Positions 1-9,817 of a DNA stretch of 20,373 bases are shown here, piece after piece. Location: positions 1 to 20,373 of the IMG/VR virus record IMGVR_UViG_2513237361_000008, one strand, 5' to 3'. The position numbers and the translations under genes are program-made. Below the pieces are notes generated by a model, which saw only the letters and a program-made list of their open reading frames with translations, did not search any database and was not told the origin of the DNA. The DNA is from a virus. Taxonomy: Duplodnaviria; Heunggongvirae; Uroviricota; Caudoviricetes. How positions within the stretch are numbered: position 1 is the first letter of the stretch; every line of letters starts with the position of its first letter.

Positions 1-1236
1 CTACGATAACCGCGCATTCAACATGGCTATCTGTTCGTCGTTCATGTCATCAATCCACATACCGTAAATTTCATACACCATCTGCGCAGTTTCATGCCCC
101 ATTTGGCTGGCTATAAATGCCGGGTTCGCTCCTGCCGTCAACAGCCAGCAGGCAAAAGTATGTCGCGTATGGTACGGATTACGGCGGCGAATACCAGCAC
201 GTTTTACTGCTGCATTCCACCTTGCCCCCAAACTGCTTACCGAGTAATAAGGTTTTTGTTTTCCGTTACACACCCTGGGCATGAAAACAAAATGCAGTTT
301 TTGCTTTTCGGTTCTGCCGTACTCCCGATGATAAAAGGTGATTTCGCTTTTGCGATGATGCCCGGTCAGTTTGTATTGCTCCTTCAGTGCTTCAAGAGCA
401 GGCTGCAGTAGTGTTACTGTTCGGATCCCGGCATTTGTTTTTGGGGGACCGAACATATCAAGTATCGTCAGGTTTCTTCTGACATTCACTATTCCCTTTT
501 CGAGATCCACATCCTCCCACGCCAGAGCTGCCAGTTCCCCGTGACGAAGTCCTGAGTAAACGGCAAATTTCCACAAGTTCTGGCTCTGTCCTTTTTCACT
601 TTCCATTAATGCATTGAATTCTGTTTTAGATAACGGATCAGGCTTTATTCTGTTTCGCTGTAATTTTTTTACTCCTTCAAATGGTTTGGTTGATATAAAT
701 CCCGACTGATACGCAAAACGCAACAGCGAACAGAGCAGGGCGATATAGTTATCAACTGTGCGCACGGTTCTTCCTTTTTTGTTGGATCTTGGATTATCCA
801 GGTAAAGCGTTTCTCCATGCAGCAGTTCATTCCGGTAGTTTAAGATATCGCTATAACGAATATGTGATATCGGGGTACTTTCACAAATTATTATTCTGAG
901 TGTTTTTAATTGTGATTTCGTTTTCTTCATTGTGTTTGTTGTTAACTCTGTCTCTTTAATTTTTGTCCAGATATCACAAAGCTCTCCGAACGTTTTTATG
1001 ACTCTCGTTGTCACCATTTTTGGCCCAGTGCTGGACTGGGGAAAACGTCTTAAATACTCAAATTCACCGGAGTTTATTTCATGAACTATCAGCGCTCTTA
1101 AATTTCCGGCCTTTTTAATATTACTGTTTGTAATCTCCCAGCCTTTTAATGTTTCCCGACATCGTTTTCCTCGAAACATGAACCAGATGCGAATGTATCT
1201 ACCTCTAATCTCGACACCTGTTGGTAATTTAGACAT
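1..1236 (-). CDS. intR: Prophage tyrosine integrase (Rac IntR-like), 411 aa
   Basis: Full-length ORF on the minus strand; translation MSKLPTGVEIRGRYIRIWF... has the C-terminal RHTFA...Y tyrosine recombinase motif region (HTRHTFACWLL ... YEIYGMW). The stop codon sits at the window start. Confidence 0.9.
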   Translation of the reverse strand: MSKLPTGVEIRGRYIRIWFMFRGKRCRETLKGWEITNSNIKKAGNLRALIVHEINSGEFEYLRRFPQSSTGPKMVTTRVIKTFGELCDIWTKIKETELTTNTMKKTKSQLKTLRIIICESTPISHIRYSDILNYRNELLHGETLYLDNPRSNKKGRTVRTVDNYIALLCSLLRFAYQSGFISTKPFEGVKKLQRNRIKPDPLSKTEFNALMESEKGQSQNLWKFAVYSGLRHGELAALAWEDVDLEKGIVNVRRNLTILDMFGPPKTNAGIRTVTLLQPALEALKEQYKLTGHHRKSEITFYHREYGRTEKQKLHFVFMPRVCNGKQKPYYSVSSLGARWNAAVKRAGIRRRNPYHTRHTFACWLLTAGANPAFIASQMGHETAQMVYEIYGMWIDDMNDEQIAMLNARLS

Positions 1237-1237
1237 A

Positions 1238-1453
1238 TCATGAGTCTTTGATAAACTGATTTATCTTTGGATAGTTGTACCAGATAATCCCTCGTTTGCT
1301 GTCTGGCTTACCTAAAGGAGATACTCGTTTGAAGTGGAAGCCCTCCACCCAACAGTTCTGGCGGTATGCTTCAATTTGTCTGGCCCCCAGACCAGTGCGA
1401 AGCATCAGGCCGTATTCAACCATCCACTCTTCATTAAAGATTACTTGTGCCAT
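1238..1453 (-). CDS. xisR: Excisionase-like small DNA-binding protein (YdaQ/XisR-like), 71 aa from ATG at 1453
   Basis: Lies immediately upstream of int on the same strand; GAGGTGAT Shine-Dalgarno precedes the ATG at 1453. The ORF-track start at 1477 is a longer in-frame extension without an SD. Confidence 0.7.
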   Translation of the reverse strand: MAQVIFNEEWMVEYGLMLRTGLGARQIEAYRQNCWVEGFHFKRVSPLGKPDSKRGIIWYNYPKINQFIKDS

Positions 1454-1531
1454 CGCATCACCTCTGGCAGGCGCCAATGTTAGACTGAAATTGACGCCCG
1501 ATGTTGATTATTAATAATCAGCTATGAAGTT

Positions 1532-1753
1532 TTAATTTGAATACAATGCAATTCTCGAGGACTGAAGTTTCTCGCAATTAAAATTTATCAGTTTTACTTT
1601 CTGCTCTCTGGAAACGCCTGCTTCTTTTTTACCTGAGAGCATTTTTTCGCATTCTGATTTCGTTAGTTTAGATTTTGAATATCTTGTCCAGTTAGTAGGA
1701 GTGCCACCTTCCTTTTCAATAGTGGCGGTAATTTTATACATGAACACCTCCAT
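1532..1753 (-). CDS. ydaC: Rac YdaC-like small protein (alternative start at 1741, which has a GGAGG SD)
   Basis: Minus-strand ORF in the Rac early-left operon, translation MEVFMYKITATIEKEGG...; start codon uncertain among 1813, 1753 and 1741. Confidence 0.6.
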   Translation of the reverse strand: MEVFMYKITATIEKEGGTPTNWTRYSKSKLTKSECEKMLSGKKEAGVSREQKVKLINFNCEKLQSSRIALYSN

Positions 1754-1928
1754 TATTATTTCCAGTGGTTCGTTTATTCCATCTTTCGAGTGCTTCTTTT
1801 TCACTTCCACCATAACCGGTTCGGGATTCGCATCCGTTACACTTCGCTCGGTAATATCCTGAAATGGCTTTCACCGTTACTGATGGACAACCACAAAATG
1901 GACATGGTTTAACATTGTCATATCTCAT
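1734..1928 (-). CDS. ralR: Restriction alleviation protein Lar/RalR-like, 64 aa
   Basis: Translation MRYDNVKPCPFCGCPSVTVKAISGYYRAKCNGCESRTGYGG... has two Cys pairs (CPFCGC, CNGC), a zinc-ribbon pattern; positioned between recT and ydaC as in Rac. Confidence 0.7.
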   Translation of the reverse strand: MRYDNVKPCPFCGCPSVTVKAISGYYRAKCNGCESRTGYGGSEKEALERWNKRTTGNNNGGVHV

Positions 1929-1984
1929 AATTTTTCTCATAAAAAATATTTCAAGTTGGCGGTGCATTACACCGCCAGGCTGAA

Positions 1985-2794
1985 TTATTCCTCTGAATTA
2001 TCGATTACACTGTATTCCCCGGTTAATACAGAGGAATCTGCAGGATCGATTGTCAGTGGTTCCTTTTCATCCATTGATACTGCACGCTGGATCTCAATTG
2101 ATACGGGCAAATATTTGAACAGGCGACGAATAGCCGTTTTCTTTGCCATTTCTTCCCAGTGAGTTACCCACGGCCCGTTATTACCAGCTTTACTCAGGCT
2201 GCGCACCAGCTCAATCTGTTTGCGCGTCATAACTTCAAACTGAGTACCTCCGTCTTTCAGTCTTGCGACAGCATAGACGTGGGTAACCGGGGCATCTTCG
2301 TTTTCTCCCGGGCGGTGTATTAACTTTTCATCAAGGCCAAATTCGAAGCTAAACTCGTCACCTTCACGGACAACACGGGCTGACAGGCTGGCGATTTGAC
2401 CAGAACGGCGAGCCAGATCAATCATGCCGCGATAGCCAATGATTAGCTGAACGTTCTTTTTACCGCTCTTTTCGTTTTTATTACCAAAAGGCAGTAAATA
2501 TGCATGACCGAGGGCGCTACCTGGCTCAAGTCCGAGCTGTGAACACTGTACGATCGCACTGACAAAACTCATAGTGTCACAGTTTCCTAACGCCGGAACT
2601 TTACGAATTTCTGTGGTGGCGATACGGATCATACGTTCAGCCGTCATATGGCGTGGAAGAGCTGCTGCCAGTTGCTCTTTCATTGATGGCTGGTTAATAA
2701 AACTAATCACGTCGCTATTTTTAACTGCTGCTGGTGCACGGTTTCCCTGAGTTTTTTGCAGATCGGCTTTTGCGATTGGTGGTTGCTTAGTCAT
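1985..2794 (-). CDS. recT: RecT single-strand annealing protein, 269 aa from ATG at 2794
   Basis: Translation [24 protein letters not shown]... recognised as RecT; the ORF-track start at 2851 adds 19 residues upstream. The ATG at 2794 overlaps the recE stop (2787-2789) by 8 nt, consistent with coupling. Confidence 0.92.
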   Translation of the reverse strand: MTKQPPIAKADLQKTQGNRAPAAVKNSDVISFINQPSMKEQLAAALPRHMTAERMIRIATTEIRKVPALGNCDTMSFVSAIVQCSQLGLEPGSALGHAYLLPFGNKNEKSGKKNVQLIIGYRGMIDLARRSGQIASLSARVVREGDEFSFEFGLDEKLIHRPGENEDAPVTHVYAVARLKDGGTQFEVMTRKQIELVRSLSKAGNNGPWVTHWEEMAKKTAIRRLFKYLPVSIEIQRAVSMDEKEPLTIDPADSSVLTGEYSVIDNSEE

Positions 2795-5408
2795 TTGCAT
2801 ATTCCTTAGCCCAGCGGGGCAGTGATAATGTCTTAATAGCTGGCCATTCATCGGTATTCAGGCAGTCAGACAGGGTTCGCAGATTGCGGTGATATTCCTG
2901 TTGACCTGCCAGTTTTGCTTCTTCGCCCATCATGAAAATTTCAACCGGATAACGTCCGCATTCAATAGTTGTGCTGGCAACCAGAAAAACGAAAGTTGGC
3001 TGCACTCCAAACTGTGCTTCATAACCGTCACTGTAGAATGCATCCTGAACGTGATAGCGGTAGTCGTAATAAGCGGTTTTGAATCGTTGAATATCCGCCG
3101 TAGTTTTCACGTCCATAATCCAGTGAAATTCAGGGATAATTTTGTCCGGACGGCACCGACACAAAATTCCTGTTTCAGGATCTTCCCAGTAAATTGATGA
3201 TTCAGCGTGTCCGGCGCTTTCAACAAGCCATTGCCCCAGCGGCAAAGCCATAACGCTTTGATACATGAGTTCAATTTTCCAGCCTTCTTCCGCAGTGATA
3301 ACCGTTTTTCCTGTGCTTGCGCATTCCATCAGAAACGCTTTCTCTTCTTCTTTTCCGGCGTTTGTACGGCGGTTAAATTCAGGTGCTACGATAAAGCGGT
3401 TACTGAATTCTTCCGGTTCAAGTACCCGGCAGTGGAAAGCGGTTCCTAAATCGAGCGTTTTTGTCTTTGTGGTGTCCACGGGGGCATTTTTACGCCACAA
3501 ATACAGTGCCGGAGTATCAGCAATGTCGTCGAGCTGAGACTTACTGACACCGGGACCCGCGTGGTAATTCTCATTCGAAATTCCGTAATAAATACCTGGC
3601 TCTATGTCTTCTACGATTACGGGATCTGCGACTTCGCCAGTTTCATCACTGCAATCGTGATGCGGATCGCTGCCTGCATTCTCATTGTGCGGATGTTCAG
3701 CGCCTTCCATTTCCTCCGGATCATTTTCCTTAGCTTCAACCTGATTCTCTTCATCGAATGTTTCCTGGTATGTTGCGTCGCCCATCACCGCACCACAGTC
3801 AGGGCAGTTATCCCCGCCAGTCTGACCGCAGGCATTGCAGACTATTTCCGGTTCCTGTTGCACTACTGGCTCAGGTTGTTTCACATCCGGGCTGGTTTTT
3901 TCCGTTTCTGGCGTGTTTTGTTCCGTTTCTGGCTGGTTCTGGTACACAGAATCGCGAGTCTGGATCCCCTTAACCCATTTCGGATTGTTCGGGTCGCTAA
4001 TTCCGTCAACAAATTCACCACGTGATGCAGCAAGCAATTTATCGTCATCGACAGGATTTTTTGATGGAATGTTTTTCCGGGCTTCATGGAGTTCTGCCCG
4101 CAGTTCCTGATATTTCGCATCAACAGAATTTACCTGTGACTGAGCATCCAGCGGCTGCGTGTCCTGATGATGTTCAGTTGCGTCCGGTTCCATTGTTTCA
4201 GCCTCTCCCTGTTCAACTGCCGTTGTTCCAGATGGTTGCGGTTTTTCTTCATCATCCTGTTTTCCTTCTTCTGTTACTCGCTGCGGCATCGGGGCAGAGG
4301 AGCGACCGCAGGCAATATCCACGATTTCCGGATCAGGGTTGGCATGATCGGTTTCAGTCAGTACTTTGTTCAGATATTCAGTGACGTGCGCGGGGATGAC
4401 CTCGATCCCAATTGGTGCTTCTTTTACGGACGCAACCACGATGGCGCGGGAATAATCCAGCCCGCCAGGCATGGTGATGAATTTGTCGCGGAAAACAGAA
4501 AAGGGCGGTTTATTTTCAGCGATAATTTCCTCAATGCGTTTAGCGTGTGCCGGATGAAGGTTATAGATGTCCAGATCCATTGAACGGGCCAGTACGCCAG
4601 TGGCTACGTCGCGCGCCAGTGACGTCAGATCGTGTACGAAACCTTCGCCGCGATCGGTGAGGTTTCCGCCGCCAGCATTAGCACCGGAAGCCGTGCGAGT
4701 GATGTGTGAAACACGATTACCCTTCATCCACTCTTTTGTCAGCAGTCCTCGATCGGTGTAGTCAGCGTTCAGGTATGCTTCGAAAAAAGCAGTTATCAGT
4801 CCCAGGTTTGAATTACCAGGATTAGGGAAAACTTTGTCAGTGTCACGAACCAGTTTGTGGAGTTCGCGAATTTCCAGCGGGTCGAGCAGGCTGGTTTTGT
4901 GGGAAACAGCCAGGGCAGTAACAGCCGGTAGTTCTTCAGCCCGAGCAATGTGTAATGCCTGGAGTCCGTCGCGTGAAACGTGCGTTACCGGTTTTTCGCT
5001 GCCGTGTTGAGCAAGCCAACGAATGGGCAGTTCCTGGCCAGAAATTGGGAGTAGCATATTCTCCTCAATCTCAGTCATGTCTTCGCCGTTGACGTTGGTA
5101 TTGCCTTGATAGTGAGCGTTGTCTGGTGCTGCTCCCGGTTTTAGTTCCCATGTCATGGAGTCTTTGCTGAGTTGATAGCGTTCACTCCAGGTAAAATCGA
5201 TCTCACCTTCAGCGGGCAGGTCATTAACGACAGGAAAATTCGTGGCAACAGCTTTAAAATAGCTGCTCAGTTTTTTACCTGACTTAACGATCAGGTAGTC
5301 CAGAGTGGCACAGGTCGATTCAAAATCGTTGCTTGCCCACAGGACGACGTCAGGTTCACCGGATGATTTTTTCGCTTTCCGTAACAGGAAGAGTGGTTTT
5401 GTGCTCAT
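2787..5408 (-). CDS. recE: RecE exonuclease VIII, 873 aa
   Basis: Long minus-strand ORF, translation [24 protein letters not shown]...; acidic low-complexity middle with a CNACG...CPDCG zinc-ribbon-like motif and a C-terminal nuclease region; followed directly by recT. Confidence 0.92.
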   Translation of the reverse strand: MSTKPLFLLRKAKKSSGEPDVVLWASNDFESTCATLDYLIVKSGKKLSSYFKAVATNFPVVNDLPAEGEIDFTWSERYQLSKDSMTWELKPGAAPDNAHYQGNTNVNGEDMTEIEENMLLPISGQELPIRWLAQHGSEKPVTHVSRDGLQALHIARAEELPAVTALAVSHKTSLLDPLEIRELHKLVRDTDKVFPNPGNSNLGLITAFFEAYLNADYTDRGLLTKEWMKGNRVSHITRTASGANAGGGNLTDRGEGFVHDLTSLARDVATGVLARSMDLDIYNLHPAHAKRIEEIIAENKPPFSVFRDKFITMPGGLDYSRAIVVASVKEAPIGIEVIPAHVTEYLNKVLTETDHANPDPEIVDIACGRSSAPMPQRVTEEGKQDDEEKPQPSGTTAVEQGEAETMEPDATEHHQDTQPLDAQSQVNSVDAKYQELRAELHEARKNIPSKNPVDDDKLLAASRGEFVDGISDPNNPKWVKGIQTRDSVYQNQPETEQNTPETEKTSPDVKQPEPVVQQEPEIVCNACGQTGGDNCPDCGAVMGDATYQETFDEENQVEAKENDPEEMEGAEHPHNENAGSDPHHDCSDETGEVADPVIVEDIEPGIYYGISNENYHAGPGVSKSQLDDIADTPALYLWRKNAPVDTTKTKTLDLGTAFHCRVLEPEEFSNRFIVAPEFNRRTNAGKEEEKAFLMECASTGKTVITAEEGWKIELMYQSVMALPLGQWLVESAGHAESSIYWEDPETGILCRCRPDKIIPEFHWIMDVKTTADIQRFKTAYYDYRYHVQDAFYSDGYEAQFGVQPTFVFLVASTTIECGRYPVEIFMMGEEAKLAGQQEYHRNLRTLSDCLNTDEWPAIKTLSLPRWAKEYAND

Positions 5409-5480
5409 TGTTTTTTAACCTCAACTCAGATTAAAATTCGTTTTGTTCAGTGAATGATCTTGCCGGATACACACTGTTCA

Positions 5481-5503
5481 TAGCCTGCGCCATACGCAGG
5501 CTA
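5481..5503. repeat. Perfect 9-bp inverted repeat (tagcctgcg / cgcaggcta) with a 5-nt loop, between racC and recE
   Basis: Seen directly in the sequence; followed on the plus strand by TTTCTTT, but not by a U-tract in the minus (coding) orientation. Confidence 0.5.
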
Positions 5504-5509
5504 TTTCTT

Positions 5510-5785
5510 TCAGATTTCACCTTTTAATTTCATTGCAATTAGAGTTGCCAGAAATTCGGCTTTTTTTTCTGCGGGCAGATTCTTTCCGATATGCACCAGG
5601 CACATTTTTTTGACACCTTCATCAAGTGTTTTTACGTTGCCTGATGGACCATCGATATCAACCACAGTGAATGGGGTTTCTTTATTTTCTGTTTTAATTA
5701 CGTAGCCAATGCGCTTTCCTTCCAGATTCACCTCGTGAACAATGTCATCGGTAGTTACAACAGTGGCTTCATAATTGGTAATCAT
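5510..5785 (-). CDS. racC: RacC-like protein, 91 aa from ATG at 5785
   Basis: Translation MITNYEATVVTTDDIVHEVNLEGKRIGYV...; AAGGAG SD precedes the ATG at 5785. The ORF-track start at 5833 is an upstream extension. Confidence 0.8.
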   Translation of the reverse strand: MITNYEATVVTTDDIVHEVNLEGKRIGYVIKTENKETPFTVVDIDGPSGNVKTLDEGVKKMCLVHIGKNLPAEKKAEFLATLIAMKLKGEI

Positions 5786-5859
5786 GTTTTTCTCCTTAAT
5801 TAAGGTTGAGCGAATACCTGCCATTTCTGGCATAAATTCAGTTTCGAATAGTCAATTAA

Positions 5860-6030
5860 TTAAAGTTCATGTGCCATCTGGTCTTTTTCGGCACAAGCTT
5901 CACTGCAATATTTTCTCGGTTCGTCTTTTGATAAAATCCCGTGCATGAAGTGAAGCATTCTTTCAATAGCTTTGCTTTCTTCAACGTCTTTTTTGCAAAG
6001 GTGGTAAGCACATTTTATTTTCTTAGTCAT
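5860..6030 (-). CDS. ydaE: YdaE-like small Cys/His-rich protein, 56 aa (58 aa if started at 6036)
   Basis: Below the ORF-track length cutoff; I translated it by hand as (MV)[56 protein letters not shown]. Its start overlaps the kilR stop (TGATG), suggesting coupling. Confidence 0.65.
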   Translation of the reverse strand: MTKKIKCAYHLCKKDVEESKAIERMLHFMHGILSKDEPRKYCSEACAEKDQMAHEL

Positions 6031-6251
6031 CACCATGACTCCGCCTTTACAGGTAAACCATCACGACCGAGGAAGACTTTAATCATGCGGTCAGTAATGC
6101 ATGTTTTTGTGGTCAGGTTACGAATATATAGTTTTCGCTTTTTAATATTGTTTGCCGAGGCAATATATGTCCGGCCTTCATGAAGAACATAATCGCCAGG
6201 AGTCACACACTGACGTGGTATTTCATCAGTTCCGAAGTGATGTGCAATCAT
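6030..6251 (-). CDS. kilR: KilR cell-division (FtsZ) inhibitor, 73 aa from ATG at 6251
   Basis: Translation [35 protein letters not shown]... recognised as Rac KilR; the track ORF starts 4 codons earlier. Confidence 0.85.
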   Translation of the reverse strand: MIAHHFGTDEIPRQCVTPGDYVLHEGRTYIASANNIKKRKLYIRNLTTKTCITDRMIKVFLGRDGLPVKAESW

Positions 6252-6692
6252 AATTATCTCCATTTTTACAAATGAACTTTGTTGATGCGGTGCCTGGTGC
6301 CTCCAGGTGACTGCAACCAGTTAACAATTACAGTCGGCTTTCCCACCCAAACCAATAAGGACTAACATGACTTTTAACTGTGCCACGTGCGCTTAGCCGC
6401 ATTCACCGCATCACAAAATTCACTTTAAAAAGGGCGGACATCAGCCGAACTTCAAGAAAAAAACTGATGCCGCCAGGACTACACACAGCAATGTCGTTAT
6501 TTACAACCGGAGGCGCACTCCCACCATTTAAATTTAACAGACAAGACCGACTCTTTATGGATATCGGAAATGCGCCTTCGTGTTGTGCCCGGTTTTATTT
6601 CACCACCTCCGGGCTTCGGTGGTCTCGGCTATACCCCTACAGCGAGAGCTTGTGTTAACATTTCAATACCCTTACAGTTGAGAGTTATTGAT

Positions 6693-7181
6693 ATGTTGGA
6701 TGTATTTACTCCATTGTTGAAACTTTTTGCTAACGAGCCACTCGAAATACTTATGTATACGATTATCATTTTTGGTCTCACTCTCTGGCTGATACCGAAA
6801 GAGTTTACTGTCGCATTCAATGCTTATACTGAAATACCTTGGCTCTTTCAGATTATCGTTTTTGCCTTTTCTTTCGTGGTCGCCATTTCCTTCTCAAGAT
6901 TGCGAGCACATATTCAAAAGCATTATTCATTACTACCAGAGCAACGAGTATTGCTTCGTTTATCTGAGAAAGAAATCGCTGTATTTAAAGATTTCCTTAA
7001 AACAGGAAATCTTATTATCACTTCTCCTTGCCGTAACCCGGTTATGAAAAAATTAGAACGGAAGGGCATCATTCAACATCAGAGTGATAGCGCAAACTGT
7101 TCTTATTATCTCGTCACCGAAAAATACTCCCATTTTATGAAGTTATTCTGGAACAGCAGGAGTAGACGTTTTAATCGTTAG
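6693..7181 (+). CDS. sieB: SieB superinfection exclusion protein, 162 aa from ATG at 6693
   Basis: Translation MLDVFTPLLKLFANEPLEILMYTIIIFGLTLWLIPKEF... with N-terminal hydrophobic helices; the track ORF (6570) is an upstream in-frame extension. Confidence 0.85.
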   Translation: MLDVFTPLLKLFANEPLEILMYTIIIFGLTLWLIPKEFTVAFNAYTEIPWLFQIIVFAFSFVVAISFSRLRAHIQKHYSLLPEQRVLLRLSEKEIAVFKDFLKTGNLIITSPCRNPVMKKLERKGIIQHQSDSANCSYYLVTEKYSHFMKLFWNSRSRRFNR

Positions 7182-7333
7182 CTTACTGTATGCTTCTCCA
7201 ACCATCGGCGCGCACCAGTTTCGGTTTTAAATGTTTTGCTTTTGGTATACGTCATGGCAGTGAACGTTCCATCCTGGTTGGGGAACACGCCGCACACCAG
7301 GGATTCGTTGTTGCCGAGGTCGATTTTTTGCAT
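7178..7333 (-). CDS. ydaF: YdaF-like small protein, 51 aa
   Basis: Below the ORF-track cutoff; hand translation MQKIDLGNNESLVCGVFPNQDGTFTAMTYTKSKTFKTETGARRWLEKHTVS. Its stop overlaps the sieB stop on the opposite strand. Confidence 0.55.
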   Translation of the reverse strand: MQKIDLGNNESLVCGVFPNQDGTFTAMTYTKSKTFKTETGARRWLEKHTVS

Positions 7334-7343
7334 TTTGCGAATC

Positions 7344-7478
7344 TCACATCTTGTTGCTGTGTATAGCGACTTCTGCCTGCCAGAGATCCCAGTCGTTGCT
7401 GCGTAAAGCCTGCACAGCCTGGTTGTAAGTGATACCGCAACAATCCATCAAATACTGAACTACTTCGTAATGCACCAT
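7344..7478 (-). CDS. ydaG: YdaG-like small protein, 44 aa from ATG at 7478
   Basis: Translation MVHYEVVQYLMDCCGITYNQAVQALRSNDWDLWQAEVAIHSNKM; first gene downstream of the leftward operator region. Confidence 0.65.
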   Translation of the reverse strand: MVHYEVVQYLMDCCGITYNQAVQALRSNDWDLWQAEVAIHSNKM

Positions 7479-7639
7479 CTTATCTCTCCCCTTAACGCCG
7501 GGTGGCGGAACTGAAACCTGCTGCACTGCAAAATCTGAACCCTGCCGTCATGTTCATACGCCTCGGGCTGGCTACTTAACCCCTGACCACTGCCTGGTAA
7601 CTCGAAGTATTGCCCTGCGTTCTGTGGGGCGGGGTGGGT

Positions 7640-7700
7640 TGGTAGGTATATAATGTACTTTGTGTTCATTGATGTAAAGTACTTTAAGTACATTTTGTGT
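7640..7700 (-). promoter_or_regulatory. Leftward early promoter/operator region (PL/OL-like) with ATGTACT-type repeats
   Basis: Copies of ATGTACTT at 7653-7660, its reverse complement AAGTACAT at 7686-7693, and the palindrome AAGTACTT at 7677-7684, embedded in AT-rich sequence with -10-like hexamers on both strands. Exact -35/-10 assignment is not resolved. Confidence 0.5.
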
Positions 7701-7768
7701 GTAAAAAAATGAGATGGGATAAAGTGAAGCACAAACCCGGAGGGGGACGCTACCGGATTTATGCTGGT

Positions 7769-8188
7769 TTAAGAGGCTTTTTGTTTTTTCTTTCGTGCTA
7801 GCTCTTCGTAAATTGCATTGTACTTCTGTTTTTTCTCCTCAAGAGTTTTTAAAAGTTCATCTGTCTCACTGTCAGGGAGCTCGTCCAGAAGGTCAATGAT
7901 GATTTTTTGTCTTGGATTTAACTCCTGATAGAAACGTACCTGTCCACTTTCTTCTGTATCCTCTCCCAAAAGATAGGTTGGTGTTGTTCCAATGAGTGTT
8001 GCTAATTCCCTTAATTTCTCTCGGCGAGGAATTGTTTCGCCATTAAACCATTTGCTAACCGCTTTTGGTGTTAATTTCATTCGACGGGCAATTTCTGCCT
8101 GCCTTCCATGTTGTTCATAACCAGCGTTTTCACAGGCTAGCGCAAGCCTACTGGCGAACTCTTTACGCGCTTTATCTTCATGAACCAT
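7769..8188 (-). CDS. Prophage repressor, cI-like HTH (XRE family), 139 aa
   Basis: Translation contains a helix-turn-helix signature (QAEIARRMKLTPKAVSKWFNGETIPRREKLRELATLIG) and is divergent from a Cro-like gene. No SD before the ATG at 8188, so it may be leaderless like lambda cI from PRM. Confidence 0.75.
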   Translation of the reverse strand: MVHEDKARKEFASRLALACENAGYEQHGRQAEIARRMKLTPKAVSKWFNGETIPRREKLRELATLIGTTPTYLLGEDTEESGQVRFYQELNPRQKIIIDLLDELPDSETDELLKTLEEKKQKYNAIYEELARKKKQKAS

Positions 8189-8267
8189 AAGTTCAATGAT
8201 ATTCGCTCTTGAATGTACTGTCAGTTCTGTTATAGCATGTACTCAAAGTTCACATTGTGAGGGTGAT
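8189..8267. promoter_or_regulatory. Divergent promoter/operator region between the repressor and the Cro-like gene (PRM/PR-like)
   Basis: Two direct copies of the ATGTACT motif at 8213-8219 and 8237-8243, the same motif as in the 7640-7700 region; TTGAAT -35-like hexamer at 8209-8214. Confidence 0.5.
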
Positions 8268-8522
8268 ATGAACCAGAAAACACTTGAAGATGTAATCAAA
8301 ACTGTTCGCGTTTCTGTTGTGGCCGACGTTTGTGGTGTCAGCCAAAGAGCAATCTACAAATGGATGGATAACGGAAAATTGCCTCGCACAGAATATACCG
8401 GCGAAACAAATTACGCTGAAAAAATCGCTCATGCATCAAACGGATTATTTTCTGCTGATGTAATTTTAACTATTGGCAGAAATAAAACTACTACGAAAAA
8501 GCTGATGGGAGTTGATTCATGA
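8268..8522 (+). CDS. Cro-like / YdaS-like HTH DNA-binding protein, 84 aa from ATG at 8268
   Basis: Translation MNQKTLEDVIKTVRVSVVADVCGVSQRAIYKWMDNGKLPRTE... with an HTH; GAGGG SD precedes it. The track start at 8196 would overlap the divergent promoter. Confidence 0.7.
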   Translation: MNQKTLEDVIKTVRVSVVADVCGVSQRAIYKWMDNGKLPRTEYTGETNYAEKIAHASNGLFSADVILTIGRNKTTTKKLMGVDS

Positions 8523-8941
8523 AAATCAAGCATGAGCACATCGAGTCAGTGTTGTTAGCCCTGGCAGCCGAAAAAGGGCAGGCATGGGTAGCCAATGCCA
8601 TTACTGAAGAATATCTGCGCCAGGGGGGCGGCGAATTGCCCCTGGTACCAGGCAAGGACTGGAATAATCAGCAGAATATCTATCACCGTTGGTTGAAAGG
8701 TGAAACGAAAACGCAAAGAGAAAAAATTCAGAAGCTGATCCCAGCAATTCTGGCAATCCTTCCGCGCGAGCTGCGTCACCGACTCTGCATCTTCGATACC
8801 CTGGAACGCCGTGCATTACTGGCGGCGCAGGAAGCGTTAAGTACGGCAATTGATGCGCATGATGATGCAGTCCAAGCCGTTTACCGGAAAGCGCATTTCA
8901 GCGGCGGCGGGTCTTCCGACGATTCTGTCATTGTTCATTAA
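8519..8941 (+). CDS. ydaT: YdaT-like protein (CII-position gene of Rac-type prophages), 140 aa
   Basis: ATGA overlap with the upstream stop; length matches the 140-aa Rac YdaT I recall; GGAG SD. Confidence 0.7.
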   Translation: MKIKHEHIESVLLALAAEKGQAWVANAITEEYLRQGGGELPLVPGKDWNNQQNIYHRWLKGETKTQREKIQKLIPAILAILPRELRHRLCIFDTLERRALLAAQEALSTAIDAHDDAVQAVYRKAHFSGGGSSDDSVIVH

Positions 8942-8953
8942 GCAAAAGTTTCC

Positions 8954-9811
8954 ATGCTGTTTGTGCTTATTCTAAGCCACCGGGCAGCATCATACGGGGC
9001 AATTATGGCCGCATTACCATACATGCAACTGTACATAGCTGATTACCTGGCTGACACCATGCATTTGTCAGCAGAGGAGCATGGTGCGTATTTGTTGCTG
9101 ATGTTCAATTACTGGCAAACAGGAAAGCCAATACCTAAAAACAGGCTGGCAAAAATTGCCCGTCTGACTAACGAGCGATGGGCTGATGTTGAACCATCCT
9201 TGCAGGAGTTTTTTTGCGATAACGGCGAGGAATGGGTGCATCTTCGGATTGAGGAAGATCTGGCATCAGTCAGGGAAAAATTAACCAAAAAATCAGCCGC
9301 AGGAAAAGCATCTGTTCAGGCCAGAAGAAGCAGAAAGGAAGCAGATGTTCAAACAAAACAAGAGAGAAATTTAACAGGTGTTCAAACAGATGTTGAAGTG
9401 GTGTTTGAACATGATGTCAACACAAAGGCAACTAATAAAGATACAGATAAAGATCTAAAAACAGATCCCCCCCTAAATCCCCCCCGGGGGAATCGAGGTG
9501 TCAAAAAGTTTGACCCTCTGGATATTGCTTTGCCGAACTGGATTTCTGTCTCGCTTTGGCGTGAGTGGGTTGAATTTCGCCAGGCATTGCGAAAACCGAT
9601 TCGAACGGAGCAGGGCGCTAACGGGGCGATACGGGAGCTGGAAAAATTCCGCCAGCAGGGTTTTTCACCTGAGCAGGTGATTCGACACAGCATCGCCAAT
9701 GAATACCAGGGCTTGTTCGCGCCGAAAGGTGTTCGACCTGAGACGTTACTCCGACAGGTTAACACCGTCTCGTTACCGGATAGTGCGATCCCGCCAGGCT
9801 TCAGGGGGTAA
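8954..9811 (+). CDS. ydaU: Replication initiation protein, lambda O-like N-terminus (YdaU-like), 285 aa
   Basis: Position upstream of the DnaC-like gene and length 285 aa as I recall for Rac YdaU; the start is uncertain (ATG 8954 has a weak SD). Confidence 0.7.
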   Translation: MLFVLILSHRAASYGAIMAALPYMQLYIADYLADTMHLSAEEHGAYLLLMFNYWQTGKPIPKNRLAKIARLTNERWADVEPSLQEFFCDNGEEWVHLRIEEDLASVREKLTKKSAAGKASVQARRSRKEADVQTKQERNLTGVQTDVEVVFEHDVNTKATNKDTDKDLKTDPPLNPPRGNRGVKKFDPLDIALPNWISVSLWREWVEFRQALRKPIRTEQGANGAIRELEKFRQQGFSPEQVIRHSIANEYQGLFAPKGVRPETLLRQVNTVSLPDSAIPPGFRG

Positions 9812-9817
9812 CTGACC

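Noticed and set aside
3561-4384. Plus-strand ORFs of 154, 120 and 138 aa (3561-4025, 4022-4384, 4167-4583) inside recE
   Set aside because: They are antisense to the well-supported recE reading frame, have low-complexity or odd composition and no SD; typical shadow ORFs of a GC-rich gene.
5481-5510. Hairpin plus TTTCTTT as a terminator separating racC from recE
   Set aside because: The T-tract is on the plus strand while the operon is transcribed on the minus strand, so it would not terminate the racC-recE transcript; kept only as a structural repeat.
7460-7732. 90-aa minus-strand ORF spanning the ydaG start and the operator region
   Set aside because: It runs through the AT-rich operator/promoter region containing the ATGTACT repeats and overlaps ydaG out of frame; more likely regulatory DNA than coding.
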